From a candidate division WOR-3 bacterium (GTDB taxonomy: Bacteria; Hydrothermota; UBA3072; B12-G15): 41,777 nt of DNA. Every line of letters starts with the position of its first letter. Positions within the stretch are counted from its first letter, which is position 1. The stretch is from contig CBFGJG010000013.1 in NCBI GenBank assembly GCA_965649055.1, positions 1-41,777 on the forward strand. The letters are read 5' to 3'. This document shows positions 39,313 to 41,777 of the stretch, piece by piece. The position numbers were made by a program, and so were the translations under genes. The notes below the pieces were generated by a model that saw nothing but the letters and a program-made list of their open reading frames with translations, ran no database searches and had not been told where the DNA came from.

Positions 39313-40369
39313 TATTGATAAAGAAATCCAGAAGAAAATAGAAAGAAGAGAAGAAATAAATAAGCAGCTTATGGATGAGAAAGTATATAAGGACAGAAAA
39401 AACCTTGCTTTGTTACAAAGAGAATTGAGGGATATAAATGAAATCCTCGAAAATTATAATGAATACAAGGATATCAGGAAAAAAATAGAAGAGGATGAAG
39501 AAATCCTTAAAGGTGATGATGATGAACTTATCAATATTGCGAAGGAAGAAATAAAGGATTTAAGAACAAAGATTGAAGGTATTGAGAAGAAAATAATAAA
39601 GCTACTTTTGCTAAAGGAGAAGGAAGATGAAAATAATGCAATAGTTGAAATAAGGGCAGGAACTGGAGGTGAAGAGGCATCTCTTTTTGCAAAAGACCTT
39701 TTCAGGATGTATACAAAATATGTTGAAAAAAAGGGATGGAAATATGAAATTCTTTCAAGCCATCCTACTGACCTTGGTGGATTCAAGGAAATTGTTTTTC
39801 TTGTTAAAGGAGAAAATGCATATGGAACATTAAGGTTTGAAAGTGGGGTTCACAGGGTCCAGAGGATTCCAATTACAGAATCAGGTGGCAGGATTCACAC
39901 ATCTGCTGCATCAGTTGCAGTCCTCCCAGAACTCGAAGAATTTGAACTATCGATAGATGAAAAAGATATCAAGATGGAATTTTATAATGCATCAGGACCC
40001 GGTGGGCAGAATGTGAATAAGGTTGCTACGGCAGTAAGGCTTATCCATATACCTACAGGGCTTGTAGTAACATGCCAGGATGAAAGGTCTCAATTCCAGA
40101 ATAGGGTTCGTGCAATGAGTATTTTAAGGTCCAAACTTTATCAGATGGAGAAGGAAAAAAGAGAAAAAGAGATAGGACTGAAAAGAAAAAATCAGATAGG
40201 TTCAGGAGATAGGAGTGAAAAGATAAGAACTTACAACTTTCCACAGAACAGGATTACCGACCACAGAATAAACTACACAAATTATAACCTTGAGAATTTT
40301 CTTGAAGGTGAACTTGATGAGTTGATTGAGAATCTCCAGTTTTATTTCAGGAGTTCAAATGAAGATTAA
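39305..40369 (+). CDS. prfA: Peptide chain release factor 1
   Basis: EIRAGTGG, HRVQRIPITE (PxT) and GGQ. The likely start is ATG 39305. Confidence 0.96.
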   Translation: MIDIDKEIQKKIERREEINKQLMDEKVYKDRKNLALLQRELRDINEILENYNEYKDIRKKIEEDEEILKGDDDELINIAKEEIKDLRTKIEGIEKKIIKLLLLKEKEDENNAIVEIRAGTGGEEASLFAKDLFRMYTKYVEKKGWKYEILSSHPTDLGGFKEIVFLVKGENAYGTLRFESGVHRVQRIPITESGGRIHTSAASVAVLPELEEFELSIDEKDIKMEFYNASGPGGQNVNKVATAVRLIHIPTGLVVTCQDERSQFQNRVRAMSILRSKLYQMEKEKREKEIGLKRKNQIGSGDRSEKIRTYNFPQNRITDHRINYTNYNLENFLEGELDELIENLQFYFRSSNED

Positions 40370-41177
40370 TGAACTTGTTAAAAATGGTAGAGAAATTCTT
40401 AAGGAAATTGATTACTATGAATATTACACATTATTTAAGGAAATATTTGAAGGATTCACAGGAAAAAGTTTTTATAAAATGTTACAATACGATGAAATAG
40501 AAGAAGACCTTGCGGAGAAAATAATCTATGCTATTGAAAGATATAAAATGGGTGAACCTTTACAATACATAACAAAATCGGTAAATTTTATGGGATTTAA
40601 TCTTTATGTAAAAGAAGGTGTTTTTATTCCCAGGCCTGAGACTGAGAATCTTGTTGAGTATACAATTAAGAGGATAAATCATATAAAATCACCGTTCTTA
40701 CTTGATTTGTGCACAGGTTCAGGTGCTATTGCTATAGCAATAGCAATGTTTAAAAAAGATGCTTTTATTATAGCTTCTGATATTTCTGAAGAAGCGATTA
40801 ATGTTGCAAGGAAGAATGTTAAAAGATATAAACTTGAAAACAGGGTTTTTTTAATAAAAGGAAATCTGCTTGAACCATTCAAGAGAAAAGTTTTTGATGG
40901 AATAGTCTCAAATCCACCTTATATACCAAGCGAAAGAATAAAAGATCTTCCTTTGAATGTGAAAAAAGAACCTATAATATCTCTTGACGGAAAAGAAGAT
41001 GGGAATTATTATGTAAGGGAAATAATAGAGAAAGGAACAGGATATATTAAAAAAGATGGTTTTATGATAGTAGAAACAGATAATATAAATATAGAAATTG
41101 AAAATAAAAGATTAAAATATGAATTTTTAGATGACTTTAGAGGAATAAAAAGATTTATTAAATGTGAGTTTATATGA
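40359..41177 (+). CDS. prmC: Release factor glutamine methyltransferase
   Basis: [22 protein letters not shown] and NPPY. AGGAG SD before ATG 40359. Confidence 0.95.
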   Translation: MKINELVKNGREILKEIDYYEYYTLFKEIFEGFTGKSFYKMLQYDEIEEDLAEKIIYAIERYKMGEPLQYITKSVNFMGFNLYVKEGVFIPRPETENLVEYTIKRINHIKSPFLLDLCTGSGAIAIAIAMFKKDAFIIASDISEEAINVARKNVKRYKLENRVFLIKGNLLEPFKRKVFDGIVSNPPYIPSERIKDLPLNVKKEPIISLDGKEDGNYYVREIIEKGTGYIKKDGFMIVETDNINIEIENKRLKYEFLDDFRGIKRFIKCEFI

Positions 41178-41777
41178 GGATTTCTGTATATTTTAACAGG
41201 ACGAAGGAAAAGTCATATTGTATAGTGGAAAAGATAAAAAATTGGTGTGAAGAAAATAAATTTGAGTATAATGAATTTGTTCCTGATGGTGATTTTGTCT
41301 TTGCAATAGGTGGTGATGGAACAATGTTGAGAACAGCATCAGAAATTAGAGATAAAAATATTCCAATAGTTGGTATAAATGCAGGAAGTCTTGGTTATTT
41401 GACAGAGATTACAATTGACGAAGTTGATTCTGCCCTTGAAAAAATTAAGAGAAAAGAATATAAGATAGAAGAGAGGATGACAGTAAAAGCAGATTTCAAT
41501 GGGAAAAGTTTTACTGCCTTAAATGAAATTGCACTAACTTCAAAATATATTAGGATGGTAACAATATCTATTGTTATTGATGGAGAATATTTAACAGATG
41601 TTTCCTGTGATGGATTGATATTTTCTACACCTACAGGTTCAACTGCTTATTCACTCGCCTGTGGTGGCCCTATTGTGAAACCAGATATGAATTCGATTGT
41701 TCTTACTCCGATAAGCCCACACACTTTAAGTTTCCGCCCACTTGTGTTAAGCGAAGAATCTGTAATAGAAGCAAAGG
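41174..41777 (+). CDS. nadK: NAD(+) kinase, 3'-truncated
   Basis: Not in the ORF track. Manual translation gives [37 protein letters not shown] and TPISPH. Confidence 0.93.
   Translation, partial: MRISVYFNRTKEKSYCIVEKIKNWCEENKFEYNEFVPDGDFVFAIGGDGTMLRTASEIRDKNIPIVGINAGSLGYLTEITIDEVDSALEKIKRKEYKIEERMTVKADFNGKSFTALNEIALTSKYIRMVTISIVIDGEYLTDVSCDGLIFSTPTGSTAYSLACGGPIVKPDMNSIVLTPISPHTLSFRPLVLSEESVIEAK

Noticed and set aside
39275..40369. Programmed frameshift or recoding in the release factor
   Set aside because: It is RF1 (PxT) with a continuous frame, and TAA, TAG and TGA all act as normal stops in the window.

Overview
AT-rich bacterial chromosomal window, mostly housekeeping, from a diderm (LPS genes hldD/lapAB) and probably anaerobic organism (iorAB, A/V-type ATPase). 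It is consistent with a candidate-phylum lineage such as WOR-3, but that is inference only. In order it holds: a 5'-truncated repeat protein with a T9SS-type/FlgD-like tail, a lipoate ligase-DUF116 fusion, a complete A/V-type ATP synthase operon with a Na+-type K subunit, an M19 dipeptidase, a tRNA-Ala-led operon of uncharacterised envelope proteins, hldD, an epimerase, iorAB, two tandem type IV pilins, rmlB/rmlC/cpsB-like genes, recR, dnaX, a large Alu-type SRP RNA, a large secreted protein, a GT2, mtaB, miaB, lapAB, a SPOR protein, mutS, prfA, prmC and a partial nadK. The best candidate for an undescribed system is a 997-bp element (31010-32006). It is an HUH/Y1 RAYT-like transposase with a DnaA-domain-IV-like tail, bounded by perfect 24-bp terminal inverted repeats. 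It sits without a clear target duplication exactly at a reconstructable TAATG stop/start junction, and the repeats supply convergent promoters. Other signals are a strict TTGAnn-N16-TAnnnT promoter geometry with four apparently leaderless genes, a conserved pilin promoter motif, an ACG where an ATGA overlap is expected, and a lipoprotein with two pseudopilin-like motifs.
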